DNA of 60,695 bases, the filler included, from Globobulimina sp. (lineage: Eukaryota): the NCBI GenBank assembly GCA_003354225.1. It is 15 parts of 15 records of this genome, joined end to end, with 100 filler letters (N's around TTAATTAATTAA, not from the genome) between each part and the next. Parts side by side here need not be neighbours in the genome. Positions count along the whole stretch, not along the records: positions 12,181 to 16,137 come from PIVH01001830.1; positions 16,238 to 20,193 come from PIVH01001831.1; positions 20,294 to 24,246 come from PIVH01001832.1; positions 24,347 to 28,299 come from PIVH01001833.1; 11 more parts are not named here. The stretch is one strand, 5' to 3'. This document shows, piece after piece, positions 13,256 through 24,986 of this stretch (its first letter is position 1; every line of letters starts with the position of its first letter). Both the position numbers and the translations under genes were made by a program. A model generated the notes under the pieces. That model was not told the origin of the DNA. It did not search any database and saw only the letters and a list, made by a program, of their open reading frames with translations.

Positions 13256-13939
13256 TTAAAATTCATTGACATACCAAAGAAAACAAATATTGGCTATATA
13301 ATGATTGGAGATGAAATAATCGATTACAAAAAAATTCAGAGGCTGCTTCTTGTGTAAACTTAGATAAATGTTTGTGTTTAGAAAGAGAGAGATATACAAA
13401 GAGAAACGGATAACTTCGTCAATTATTTGAATAATTGGAATCCAAAATTGTGTCGTCATCATGTTCATTTTTTTTACATCGAACCACTTCTTTGTTTTTT
13501 GAAAATATTCACGGAATGTTTGTATGGCATTTTTATTTTTTGGTTGGTAACCTTTCCAATTTTCTAATTGTTTTGAGATCACATCATCGCATTTCTTCAT
13601 AATACAGCCATTATATGTTAGGATGCCATGCATTTGCCGATATGTCGAATAATTGTCCTTTTCCATGCGATCCACATATATATGGACATTGCCTTTATGT
13701 TCGTCAAATGTGTCTCTGTTTTGCGTTGTAAATTTGGTGATACATTCAACAATGACATCATTGCATATTTTAAGTCTTTTTCGTAATAATGCGATCTCTC
13801 TTTCTCTCAATTTTATTCTTGCAAAATGAACCCAATTTATATATTCTAATCCGGCTTCGATTTTTACATCGTCAATATCAACAATTGCGTTTTTAATACA
13901 ACGTTTTTTTCTTGTTTTTTTTAACATTGCTACCTGCAA
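13256..13939 (-). CDS. Hypothetical protein (3' part likely intronic)
   Basis: 227-aa ORF; the first ~175 aa are coding-like. No recognisable domain. Confidence 0.35.
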   Translation of the reverse strand: MQVAMLKKTRKKRCIKNAIVDIDDVKIEAGLEYINWVHFARIKLREREIALLRKRLKICNDVIVECITKFTTQNRDTFDEHKGNVHIYVDRMEKDNYSTYRQMHGILTYNGCIMKKCDDVISKQLENWKGYQPKNKNAIQTFREYFQKTKKWFDVKKMNMMTTQFWIPIIQIIDEVIRFSLYISLFLNTNIYLSLHKKQPLNFFVIDYFISNHYIANICFLWYVNEF

Positions 13940-14096
13940 AGTCCGATTCCACGCTCACAGATTGAGGAAACAGTTAACTTTGTTTTTTAATTTAAATAAA
14001 AACTTTTTTTTATAAGCATGATGAACTGAAACAGCAACAAAAATTGAAAAAAGTGCGCACGACGAAAGCAAAAAGATGCAACACGTTAAAGACTCA

Positions 14097-16137
14097 TCAG
14101 AATAAAATTTCCTTTCTGCAAAGTGGACACTGTGTATTTGATTCATTGTATTCCTCAATGCAATGTGTATGAAATTTATGTCCACATTGCAATTTAATAG
14201 ATTCATTATCCAATAATATATCCAAACAAATCACACAATTCATTGCTGAATATGATAATGTTGGCTGTTGATCAATCATTCCATCATCGGATACATCATT
14301 TGGTTCATTATTATTCTCATTCATATCCATTTGTGTATTATTCGAATGATCGTTAAAAGGGTTGGTTTTTACTTTAGTTTTTCTAACTTTGTTTGGTTTT
14401 GTTGTTTCAAAATCAGCGTCTTTATTGTTATTAATATTACGCCGATTCTGAGGCGCATGATGCAGCTCAATGTCATCTCGAAAAGCTCTCATTGCAATTT
14501 GTCTTTGTTGCTTTCTCTTATATAACAATACTGCAACAATCAATATGCAAACAATAAATACAATTGAAATAATAATACCAATGACAATTGCTTCCAAATC
14601 TGTACAATCATTGCAATTAGGAAACGATATCGCATTATCATCTGAACAGTCCATAAAAATGGAAAAATTGCCATACTCAAAAGAAGAATATCCATTCACT
14701 AAAATATAATAATATCCAGGTTTCACCCCATAATATGTTAACTCATTACAATATGAATGTGTTTGCTCAATGTTTAACCATTCATTATCTCTGCCAAAAT
14801 AATATAATTCTAATACAATATCAAATGTAGTGTATGAGTCATTATAACATGTTTTAAATTCAATCTTATATTCATAATAATTTACTTTAAACGCATAAAA
14901 CTCTTCATCACTGTTAAACGATTCTAAATATCCAGTACGGATTTCATTACATAATAAAACATTGTCATTTGACGGTTCAACGTATCTGCTCTGCTTTGGT
15001 GGCGAAGCAAATTGGATGTATTCAGTGTAATTTATGGCCTGTTGCACAGCTGAATTGTCACTGCATTCCATATGGATGGAATAATCACCTTCCAGCCAAT
15101 AAGACATCGAAATGGAAACTGCATAATGAGTATTATTCGAAAGATTTGTCCAATTTATACGATTACAAGAATTCCAATCTCTTTCTGAATATAAAGAGGA
15201 AGAAGTCACAGTATGCCAATATCCAAATTTATTCTCAATGTATGGTTTGTAGTTTAATTTTCTATATTCTTTCAAAGACAGTCCATTTCCTTTTGCATCA
15301 TTTGGATCACAAGTATGAAATGCGACGTATTCTAAAGCAGAACTGGTCACAAATTCATATGCAAAGGACTTTCCATCGGATGCATGACCTTTCACTGTCA
15401 AACCACAAGAGATATCATTTAGTGTTTTCATGTACCTTTCTTTTCTATACCAGCTAATATCAGAATCAATTGGATCAAATAAACAATGCATATCCAGCGT
15501 ACTATGATTATATGCCTTGGAGTTACACGTTTGTTCGCTTATCAATCTGTAAATACCTTTTTTGAATGCTTCTGATGTTGGAATCCGTTGCCAATAATTA
15601 GACATATTTAGGTAATAAATTGAATGGCGCCAGCAATTATTATCTATATTTACAGAGAATGTTACCGAGCCATAAGTAATTGAGGTCATGTAAAATTCAT
15701 AAAATTTTGTTTGGTTGATATCGTTAATTGGTTGGATATTTAGTTGATCATTGCATTGAATTGATTCGAATGCATTATCTTCAATTATATGTGGATGCGG
15801 ATAGTATAAATCAGGGAGATTGTCTCCAGAACAATTCAATGATAAAACATAGATTCCGCCATCCCCGTCGTCGTCAGAAGGGTCACCAATTTTTGCGTAA
15901 TAAATGCCTGTGCTGTACAATCTGTAGGTGTATGCTGATTGCAATTGACTATTACTTGTAACTGTACCACCAATTTGTGTGGATACAGCACAGCTGGTAG
16001 CAGATGTAAAATATGTTAAGTTGCCGTGAACATCAAATAAAGACAAATATGTATAGATGTGGGAACCGCAGGTTGAAAATCTAAAGCTGCCAACATTTTC
16101 ATTTAGGAAAAATGAATAATAATGCTCATATCCAGAC
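14097..16137 (-). CDS. Receptor-like membrane protein with repeated extracellular beta domains and C-terminal RING-H2 E3 ligase, 5'-truncated
   Basis: Frame is open to the contig edge. About four repeats of F.TC....FD..L.LY...GxY.I.MxCS (PPC/CUB-like). TM AIVIGIIISIVFIVCILIVAVLLY. RING-H2 CVICLD..CGHKFHTHCI..CPLCR. Confidence 0.85.
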
Positions 16138-16237
16138 NNNNNNNNNNNNNNNNNNNNNNNNNNNNNNNNNNNNNNNNNNNNTTAATTAATTAANNNNNNN
16201 NNNNNNNNNNNNNNNNNNNNNNNNNNNNNNNNNNNNN

Positions 16238-19200
16238 ACAAAGCTCAAATCGCCGCCTTGACCGACATTATCACCAAGAACGGCGTCAAGAACTATAAAT
16301 TCAATGGTTTGTATTTATATATTTATTCCAGGTTTGGTACAAACAATGACAGTTTGTCACTGTATACACAATTAATTAGGTAATACATTCACATTACAAC
16401 GTAAAACAAACGGCGACGATGTGGCCACCGCCGGCAAATTAAGCCTCAAATTGGACGAAGACGACATCGATAACCAACGCACCATCAACAGCAACGGTGT
16501 CAACGTGGTGAATGACAAAAACGGCAGCGACTATTTGATGGGCTTTGGTTTCCAACATGGCCTCAAAGACAAAGACGACAAGAAAACGCCCGAAAAGAAG
16601 AACTTTTATTTCAAATTGCCGCCGCAGGCCAAGAAGTACGTGGCGTTGCAGGCCGACTCTCTGGATATCCCCAAAACCGCTTTGGTGTTAATGTTAGGCG
16701 TGTTGACCACCAACGGCCCCATTCCCATCTCGCATTATCGTGGCTGGAAGACCAACAATCCAAACATTGTCGGGCTGTTAAACCCTCGCAAACGCAAAGC
16801 GGCGGGCACCAAAACCGACATTGTGCCCAATTTGGACGCGTTGACCGACGCCAGCGACAAGAACAGCGACGCGCTATCCAGCCACAAATCGCCTGGAATG
16901 AACAATAAGTCCTCGCCTGGTATGTTTCCGTACGATTTGCCTCGACAAACCTACTGCAATTTGTACTTACCCACAGTGGGCAGCGTAGGTTCCGGCTCCA
17001 CCACGTTATTCCACGAAAACGCGTCCAATGGACATGGCAGCAAACGCTCGTCGCCCTTGAACAGCAGCGTGAAAAAGCACAAAATGATGATTAGTAACAG
17101 CGCGTCGTCCGCCTTGATGCGCGCGCCGTTGGTGAACAAAGGCACGTTGAACAAAGTGAACCCGCCCTCCGCTGCCACGGCGTCCGCCTCGGCGCCCGCT
17201 GGCAATAAACGCATGTTTCAGTATCCAAACAATTCGGCCCTAGGCGCGAGCAGCTTATTTCATAACAGCTCGGCGCGCAACTTATTAGTCAACAACAAGA
17301 TGAATATGAACGGCGGCATGCCCAATGGCAGCAATTTGACCTTGATCTCGCCGCGCGGCGTCTCCCTTATCCGCATGAAATCGAATGGTACGTCGACGTT
17401 GTTATCGCCTACGGCGGCCAGCATCTTATCGCCGCGACAGCGCACCAATAATAATAATCTGATGGGCGGCAATTGCAACGCGGCTCCGCCGGCCGTGGTG
17501 GTGCCCAATACGACGGATTTCAGCCCCATGAAACAGACTGTCGGCAACGGCTTTTCTATGACCACGCCCATCGCCAATATCACGCCGGTGCATATCCCGT
17601 ATTTGGGGCAAGGAAATCAAAACGGAATGAACGGGCAATCGCCGCTATCCGGCTTCCAATCGCCAATGAATTACAACATCAATACACCGCAGTCACCGTT
17701 GGGTAATTATCCTGGAATCACGCCCATTATCAACGCCTTTACCCCTACGGCGACCGGCGTGAATGCCATCACTCCCACGGCGAGTTTGCCGTTTTATTGG
17801 AGCGGCTTACATAAAAACAATAACACCAACACCATGGGCAATATCAATATGGAGAATGACCCGCTCGCTCCACACAACAATATCCCTCCGTTTTTGCCGC
17901 AGAATCAGCATAATATGAACAATGTGCAAGTGCCGAATCACAGCGCCAACCCATACGTACAGTTTAGTATACAGTGATTTGTAAATAAGCTACAAACCTT
18001 GTTCTATTTGGTCATGTTTTACCTTTTTTGTGTGCATGTTTTACACAGAAAACAGTTGCAAAACAACCCGTTATTGCAGGCAAACAACAACCTCATGAAT
18101 AATGGCATGAATAACGGCATGAATAACATGAACAATAACATGAGTAATATGAACATTGCTTCGTCGCCCATTGGCAAACCACCGCCTTCCACGTTCTTTA
18201 AGTATCCGATACCGAACGAAGAGCCCAAATCGTCGCCGTCCAACAGCAATAATATCATGAACGGCAACGTGTTGCTAAACAATTTGAACAATAACCTCAA
18301 TAATTTAGTGCAACAGCAAAGCATTAACTCCTTCACCTCCAACAACGACATGAATAACATCAACAACAACATGAACAGCATCAACATGAACAACATCAAC
18401 AACATCAACAACATGAACAATATGGGCAATATGAACAACAACAACAATATGGATGACGACGGCATGGAGGAGCGACAAATGGATGAGCCGCCCAGCTTGG
18501 ATGAGATCAATAATATGCGCAACATCCCTTCGGTCATCTCGCCCAACGGCACCACGCCGGTCGTCATGATCACCAATTTGAACGAAGATGAGATTGACTG
18601 CGACAAAATCTTCACACTCTGCGGCGTCTTTGGCGACGTGCAGCGCGTAAAAATCTCGTACCATAAACGCGACACCGCCTTCGTGCAGCTATCCAATCAC
18701 CGCCAGGCCAAACACGTGGTGACCTCCTTGAACCGCATGCAATTATACGGCAAGATGATCCATGTCAACTTATCGCGGATGACGCGGGTCAAATTACCCA
18801 AGGATTCGCCAAACAGCGCCATGATGTTCCCCGACGCCAAGTTCCTGACCAAGGACTATACCAATTGCAAGAAGCACCGATACAGCAAAAAAGGAGCGGG
18901 CGGCATCAAGTACTCGCCGTTGAGCATCGGGCAGCCGTCGCATATCTTACATATCGCGAACTTGCCCATCCAATCGGAGGCCAAAGACCTTCAGGAATTC
19001 CTCTGTGGCAATGGCATCTTTTGTAAGGATAACAACGCGGCGGGCGGCAAGTCGCGCTTTGCCGGCAATGACAAGATACAGTCGATCGAGTTGATTGGTG
19101 TCAATAATAAGTTGGGTTCGTGCCAGGCGTTCGCGAAGTGCCACAGCGTGGACATTGCGTGCCAAATACTGATTGATTTCCATAGCAAAGAGTTCCTAGG

Positions 19201-19962
19201 AAGAGAAATCAAAATCTCCTTTGCTACGCGCAGCCATATGCCGTCTGACATCAATAAGACGCACAAAACGTACTCGTATTCGACCAATAAGAAGATCGGA
19301 GCGAGCATCAATAGCATCCCTTCGTCGATTCCGCGACAAAACAACAGCAACGGCATGAATAATAATATCATGAATGGCAATGGCAACAATAACAGCGGGG
19401 ATAACATGTCTTCGTCGTCGTCGTCGAATGGACAGTCGTCGCATAACTCGCATGGCAATAACGGCTATGTGCAGTATAACAACTATATGGATAATCGTAA
19501 CGGTTATAATAGTAATCGGACTTATAATAATCAAGTTAATTGCTGCTCCTTTCCCCAAAATGTGATGAATGTTAAGTTTGTTTGTGACGATATACAGCGA
19601 AATTCGTACATGTCATCGTATGATAATTCGGTTGGGTATCAAACCTATAACATTGTGAATAATAATAAGCAGCCACCACCTGATGTTTAGTGCTCTATTT
19701 GGTGTCTTTTGCCATATAATTATACTGTCATTGTACAGCAGGATAAGATCTTTGTACGACAACATCATCACAGTGGAGGTATGCAACACTATCGCGCTTA
19801 TCGAGTCAAACATAAATCTCGTCGATAAAGCTGATATTGACCCCCCATCCCCCAAAAAATGCGTTTAATTCTGCCATTTTTCTGAAAAAAAGTGCTTTTT
19901 TTGATTTATTTTTATTTTTAACAGGAAGGAAATATCACTATAAATTGAGAATTAATAAATAA
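16238..19962 (+). CDS. PTB/hnRNP L-like RNA-binding protein (RRM3-RRM4 type) with long N/S/P-rich disordered regions, 5'-truncated
   Basis: Motifs VVMITNLNE..IFTLCGVFGDVQRVKI, LTKDY..HRY and PSHILHIANLP match PTBP RRM3/4. Frame-consistent introns at 16307-16379, 17957-18055, 19535-19597, 19685-19738 and 19779-19924; the protein ends ...GRKYHYKLRINK*. Confidence 0.85.
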
Positions 19963-20293
19963 GTTTAACATTTATCCTCCACTCTCATCCAATCCAATGC
20001 AATCAAAGTGTGTCCAACAATGTTTCTTCGTGTCCTGTGCTCAGGAAATAAGCCATTGAATGGTATGAATAGTTTTAGTATTTTTCTATAATATGAATGA
20101 TAAATTATTTATTTTAATGGTTTATTTTGTCAGAAGCAATTAATTTAATATAAATTTATGCAAACTAACATTTCAAGTGTCTTCACTGAGAGTNNNNNNN
20201 NNNNNNNNNNNNNNNNNNNNNNNNNNNNNNNNNNNNNTTAATTAATTAANNNNNNNNNNNNNNNNNNNNNNNNNNNNNNNNNNNNNNNNNNNN

Positions 20294-21786
20294 GGCGCTG
20301 AAGGTATTAAAATCTATTTTTTCTTCTAAGCCTGCGCCAATTTGAAAGTATAAGAAATTTTTCTGATACGGAGTCAAACGCATGGCCGGTTGGTTATTTT
20401 TCTTCTTCTTTTTCTTCCTTTTACCAAACCATCCACTAAATACAGAGGAGGATTCTTTGGGCATTTTACTGCGCAAAATCACGGGCTTGTTATCGGACTC
20501 TACGCGTAATTGCGCCACTGCACATTTACGAAAGTATAATATATCATTATAGTCATATTTCTTCTCAATCGATTCCAATTCGAGTGTCTCCGGTTTGGTC
20601 GCTTCTGTCTCCCACTCACAATTCAGCCGTTTGACATATAGACCGATATATTTATTCCTATCATTTCCAAAAATGGCAAATTTGCGCCAGGACAGATTGC
20701 GTTTTGCGTTTTCGTCTCTCATAACGCAGCCAATGGCCCACTTCCAATATTTCTTAGGGTTTTGCTCAATTCTCGTCTCTTTGGGTTTGTATGATAGGTA
20801 TTTCCCGTATGACCCAGCAATGGTTATCGTGGATACAATACTCATTAAATCAGTGTATTGGTCTTGTCCTAAATTTAATGATATTTCGCTCATTTGACCT
20901 ACAATTTTGATCTGCGGAATCTTAAAATTATTTTTTTCAATGTCTTTGTTCATAATCACTTGTAATTGCAATCCCGTGGGTTTTATGATATATTGTCTCG
21001 ACTCACTCCCATCGAATATGCTTCCTTTGTACATTCAGAGCATTTACAATAAGTGCAAGGATGTGCGAGGATAAACATACCGAACGAGTCTTTAAACTCG
21101 AAATATTGCGATAAATATTGTTTATCCGATATAACAGATTTTGTATTGAGATATACAGAGAAGTTCTGCATAGATACAAATTTCCTCACAAACTGTTTTG
21201 ACTGCGCTAAGAACTCAGGCTGCCATTTGTCGTTCGTGGTGGTGGCAGTTAATGAGCCAATAGCGATGCCAAAGGAGAAATTCCTGTTTTTAACATTATC
21301 CTCGTATCGGACATGCACCTTTTTAACCACAATATGGATGTTATCGATAACTTTCTCAATCATTCGCGCAGTATATCCAGCATCCGGTTTGACGGTGGTA
21401 TCTTCGCTTGGTATTAAGGTTAAACTCTCCCATGTGTCTAATAATTGCGTTTTTGATTTTTGTTCATTCTCTTCCTGCTCTTTCTCCATTTCTGTGGTCA
21501 TTTCAAATTTGGATTTTGGTCCACATACAATGCGCAAATCATGCAATTCTATGCGTGCTGGTTTTGAATTGAGATGTTTCCAGTCGACTTGCAAGAATAT
21601 TCTACCTACAAAACCCACGCGAATTGCGATGGGTAGATTTAAAAAATCAAGAGCTTCTGGCTTCAGTTCTACATTTGTTAATTTTGCTTCTCCTTTCCAT
21701 ACTGATAAATCTACTTCATCTCTGTTGAATTTTTTGACGTATTGAGAAAGCACTGAATTTAAAACTGAGGTTACTATGCCATCCAT
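20294..21786 (-). CDS. VPS13: VPS13 family lipid-transfer protein, N-terminal chorein region (3'-truncated), intron 21025-21080
   Basis: Motifs MDGIVTSVLNSVLSQYV..LSVWKGEAKLTNVELKPEAL, KVIDNIHIVVKKVHVRYED and NPKKYWKWAI. A 56-nt intron joins the two ORFs. Confidence 0.92.
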
Positions 21787-21815
21787 GGTGCTGTAAAAGT
21801 TTTTTTCACTAGTTA

Positions 21816-23611
21816 TTATATTTCAAGATACTGATACAGCTTATCGTAGCCAAGCATCTCGTCAAAGTCGTATAATGCATTATGATTTTCTACCAAATAA
21901 TCATCGGTACACTGCGGATTAAAATCCCGATTCTCAAAACTTGTTTTCCTCATTAAACAATGCCAAATCAGATCAAAAGCATCAGAAAATCCCGCATTTC
22001 CATTGGTGTACACTATTTTGGGTATTAACCTCAATAAATTTGATTGTAGCAACTTTATATATTCCGATGGCAATGATAGCAATTGATTTACATAAAATTC
22101 CCTTTGTTGCACCACATACCATGGATATAAATCATTGCCATAACAGGCAAACTCATCCGACATAACACCAGTTAAAAACACAGGGATACATCCAGCCAAT
22201 ATTCCATCCCATAATCCTTTTCTTGTTGTACTATCCGCGCCGTCTTGGATACAAAACACTGATTTTTCATATAACTCATAGCATTCCCTACTAAATCTAT
22301 GTTGCACTTTTAATTTATTTCTACCAACCTCTTTTTTAATTTTTTGACCATCGTGAAATACACAAACGTTTTCGTATCTTTTTGAATGTCTCCATTTAGA
22401 TTTTCTAGTAAAATGAGAACAGGTATCTCTGGATATATTCCTATGCGGTGTCCGAAGATATCCACAAAACGAGACCAATATAGTTTTTTTATTTTCATTA
22501 AACACCTCCTTCAATCTATTAATATGCATTTTTAATGATTTCACATTTTGAGGGTGAAAATTGGATGGATGCGGCATTGATATTCGTTTCCAGCACGAAG
22601 GCGGATCGCCGTGGCAGTTACGATCAATGGATAATACCCAATATTTTGTCATATCGCCATTATAAATTGAGAAAAATTGCGAGCCCATGTTTTCTAATCT
22701 CACAGTTTCATAGGCAATCCTGCCGAAAGTGAGCATATGTGGCCTGCGCGTTTTTTCATTCATAAAATATTTTTGATACACTTTGTTGTCATTCAACCAG
22801 TTTTGAAGTTGAATGTGATGAGTGGCGATACGTTCCGATTGTGTCCGTTCCCAAAACCTATAATGCAATGCAAATGGATATGGGACATGGAAAAGCATCG
22901 CCTCCTCAGGATTGTCAGTGATATAATAATCATCGACTTTTAATCTTTCATTAAATATTACCTCCAACACATGCATGTGAGTTAAGCTGTATTATATCAA
23001 TCAATATCGTCAAATATAACATTTTTAAAATACAATTAACGAAGACAAAACTGTAAATCTTTTCGACTCCAATCGTTAGCATACATTTGTTTTCCAAACC
23101 CAAAGTTTAATGATTCCGTGTCATTGTAATTTTGCAATCCGACGAAGCGTTCGTACCATTGTCCTCGAGGGGTTTCACGCATATTATAAGGTATATCATA
23201 TAGATAGATTTTTCCTTTTAATGATGCGTTAAAATGACAAGGATTTGAATCTTTTATTTTGTTGACTTGCAGTTTATGCAAGTCTGGGTCTAACTTTTTA
23301 GATTTTATGTCTTCTTCGTTTGATGAGGAGATGGATACTGGTTTTACAATGTAGTGGCTTTTATGAGTTTTATCACAACCTCTGCCAATTCGATAATCCA
23401 TTTCAGGCACATCATCATTCATTATAATTGACTGTTGAGATAATAGCATAACGTTTAATGTGAGCGATACAAGCAATAAAATACAGATTCCAGTTAGAAT
23501 TCTATTGAATGGAAACCACTTTGTATTGTGGATCGATCTGTCACTTAGTTTGTGGGAGAGATGCATCTGCACACAACACAGTATAAAGTAGATAATATTA
23601 AGTAGCTTCAA
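21816..23611 (-). CDS. Exostosin / GT47 family glycosyltransferase (type II membrane), intron 22987-23051
   Basis: N-terminal TM, KIYLYDIP, spliced DLHLTHMHVLEVIF, and SVFCIQDGADSTTRKGLWDGILAGCIPV. Start position is uncertain. Confidence 0.85.
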
Positions 23612-23712
23612 TCATGTCGTCGTTTTTGTTCCTGTTGAACATACCAACCAACTCTGTATTAGTGCAATATTAAGACTATTGAAAACCAGGGCAAACAACA
23701 AAAGACATTAAT

Positions 23713-24246
23713 TCAAAGTTTATTGCTGAATACAATTTGAATTGATTTCTCCAACATTTTATTATGAATATATTTCATTAATTTATGATCCATAATAACA
23801 TTTTTATTCCACCAGTCGTAGATAACAGAGCCTTTATCACTTTTAATATCATCATAAACATCATCTAAAATAGCTTTCACATAAAAGTTATCCCCATCTA
23901 TTTTCTTATCAATGATAGCGTTTGAATTGACATATTTTTTCCTTTTCTTCTTTTTTGAAGACTTTTGATTCCATGAAGGATTTCCATGTTTGGATACCAC
24001 CGATTGATATCGAATATTATTTATCATATTCAATAAACATTCAATATTTATCATATCTTTTCCCTTCATCTTATTTGATTTACCATATTTTTTATCCAAT
24101 GTCGATATGCGTTCATTAAAAGATTTTACTTTATGTTTAACGATCGGCCTTTTTAATTTATTTCCTTTGCTTTGAATATAAATATTTTTCATTGGTTTTA
24201 TAACTATTCCTTCAGCTAAATTCTTGCCATATTCCTTTGGTAACGG
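23713..24246 (-). CDS. Hypothetical lysine-rich protein, 3' part
   Basis: Frame is open from the contig edge to the stop at 23713. Confidence 0.5.
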   Translation of the reverse strand, partial: PLPKEYGKNLAEGIVIKPMKNIYIQSKGNKLKRPIVKHKVKSFNERISTLDKKYGKSNKMKGKDMINIECLLNMINNIRYQSVVSKHGNPSWNQKSSKKKKRKKYVNSNAIIDKKIDGDNFYVKAILDDVYDDIKSDKGSVIYDWWNKNVIMDHKLMKYIHNKMLEKSIQIVFSNKL

Positions 24247-24346
24247 NNNNNNNNNNNNNNNNNNNNNNNNNNNNNNNNNNNNNNNNNNNNTTAATTAATT
24301 AANNNNNNNNNNNNNNNNNNNNNNNNNNNNNNNNNNNNNNNNNNNN

Positions 24347-24900
24347 ATGCTTCCGCTTAAATTATTATATGACGCTCTGAAAACTGTGAACACAGTGGAA
24401 TTTGGCCATGGCGGCAATGGTCCATTTAAGTTGTTATTATCCAACCAAATCATATTAATACATGTTTGGTAGTGAGGATATGACGTATTACAACAATATA
24501 TACCATGCCATTGACAATACGTGGTATTGCTTAGCCAGCCCTTATTATTGAACCAATTGTCACCATTTGTTGACTTATAAAGTTGTTGCAAATATTTTAG
24601 TTGTTGTTGTTTGTCGCAATATAGGTTTGCGTCCATTGATGGACAATAAAAATTTGGCATAAAATGAAAATCAAAGTCATAATCTGGGAGAACACAAATA
24701 GGATCGATATCTGGTTTTGTTCTGTTGTGGATGGTGGAAGAGAGTGATGCTAATTTATCGAGACTGTGTCGTAATTTGTTGAATGTTGCCATGGTATTTT
24801 GGGTGCAATCATTAGGTGGAAATGTGATATTTGGTGATATATTGCTCGATATCATGTCTATGGATATTAGGCAACAGATAAACTTGATGATAACACGCAT
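24347..24900 (-). CDS. Secreted/receptor-type leucine-rich-repeat protein, N-terminus
   Basis: Signal peptide, LRR N-cap LYKSTNGDNW..GWLSNTTYCQWHGIYC, and LRRs LDNNNLNGPLP and ASYNNLSG. Confidence 0.85.
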
Positions 24901-24986
24901 ATTGACTGTGAAGAAGCAATTGCAAGAATGAAAAGGTTTTGTTGAAAATTGTCAAGCACTAAACTCCTTTTGATGTTTTAGAGACA

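Noticed and set aside
18019-18696. Long antisense ORFs (also 5400-6092, 21053-21745, 50132-50617, 51177-51830)
   Set aside because: They are shadow frames of low-complexity or real genes on the opposite strand, with no independent domain signal.
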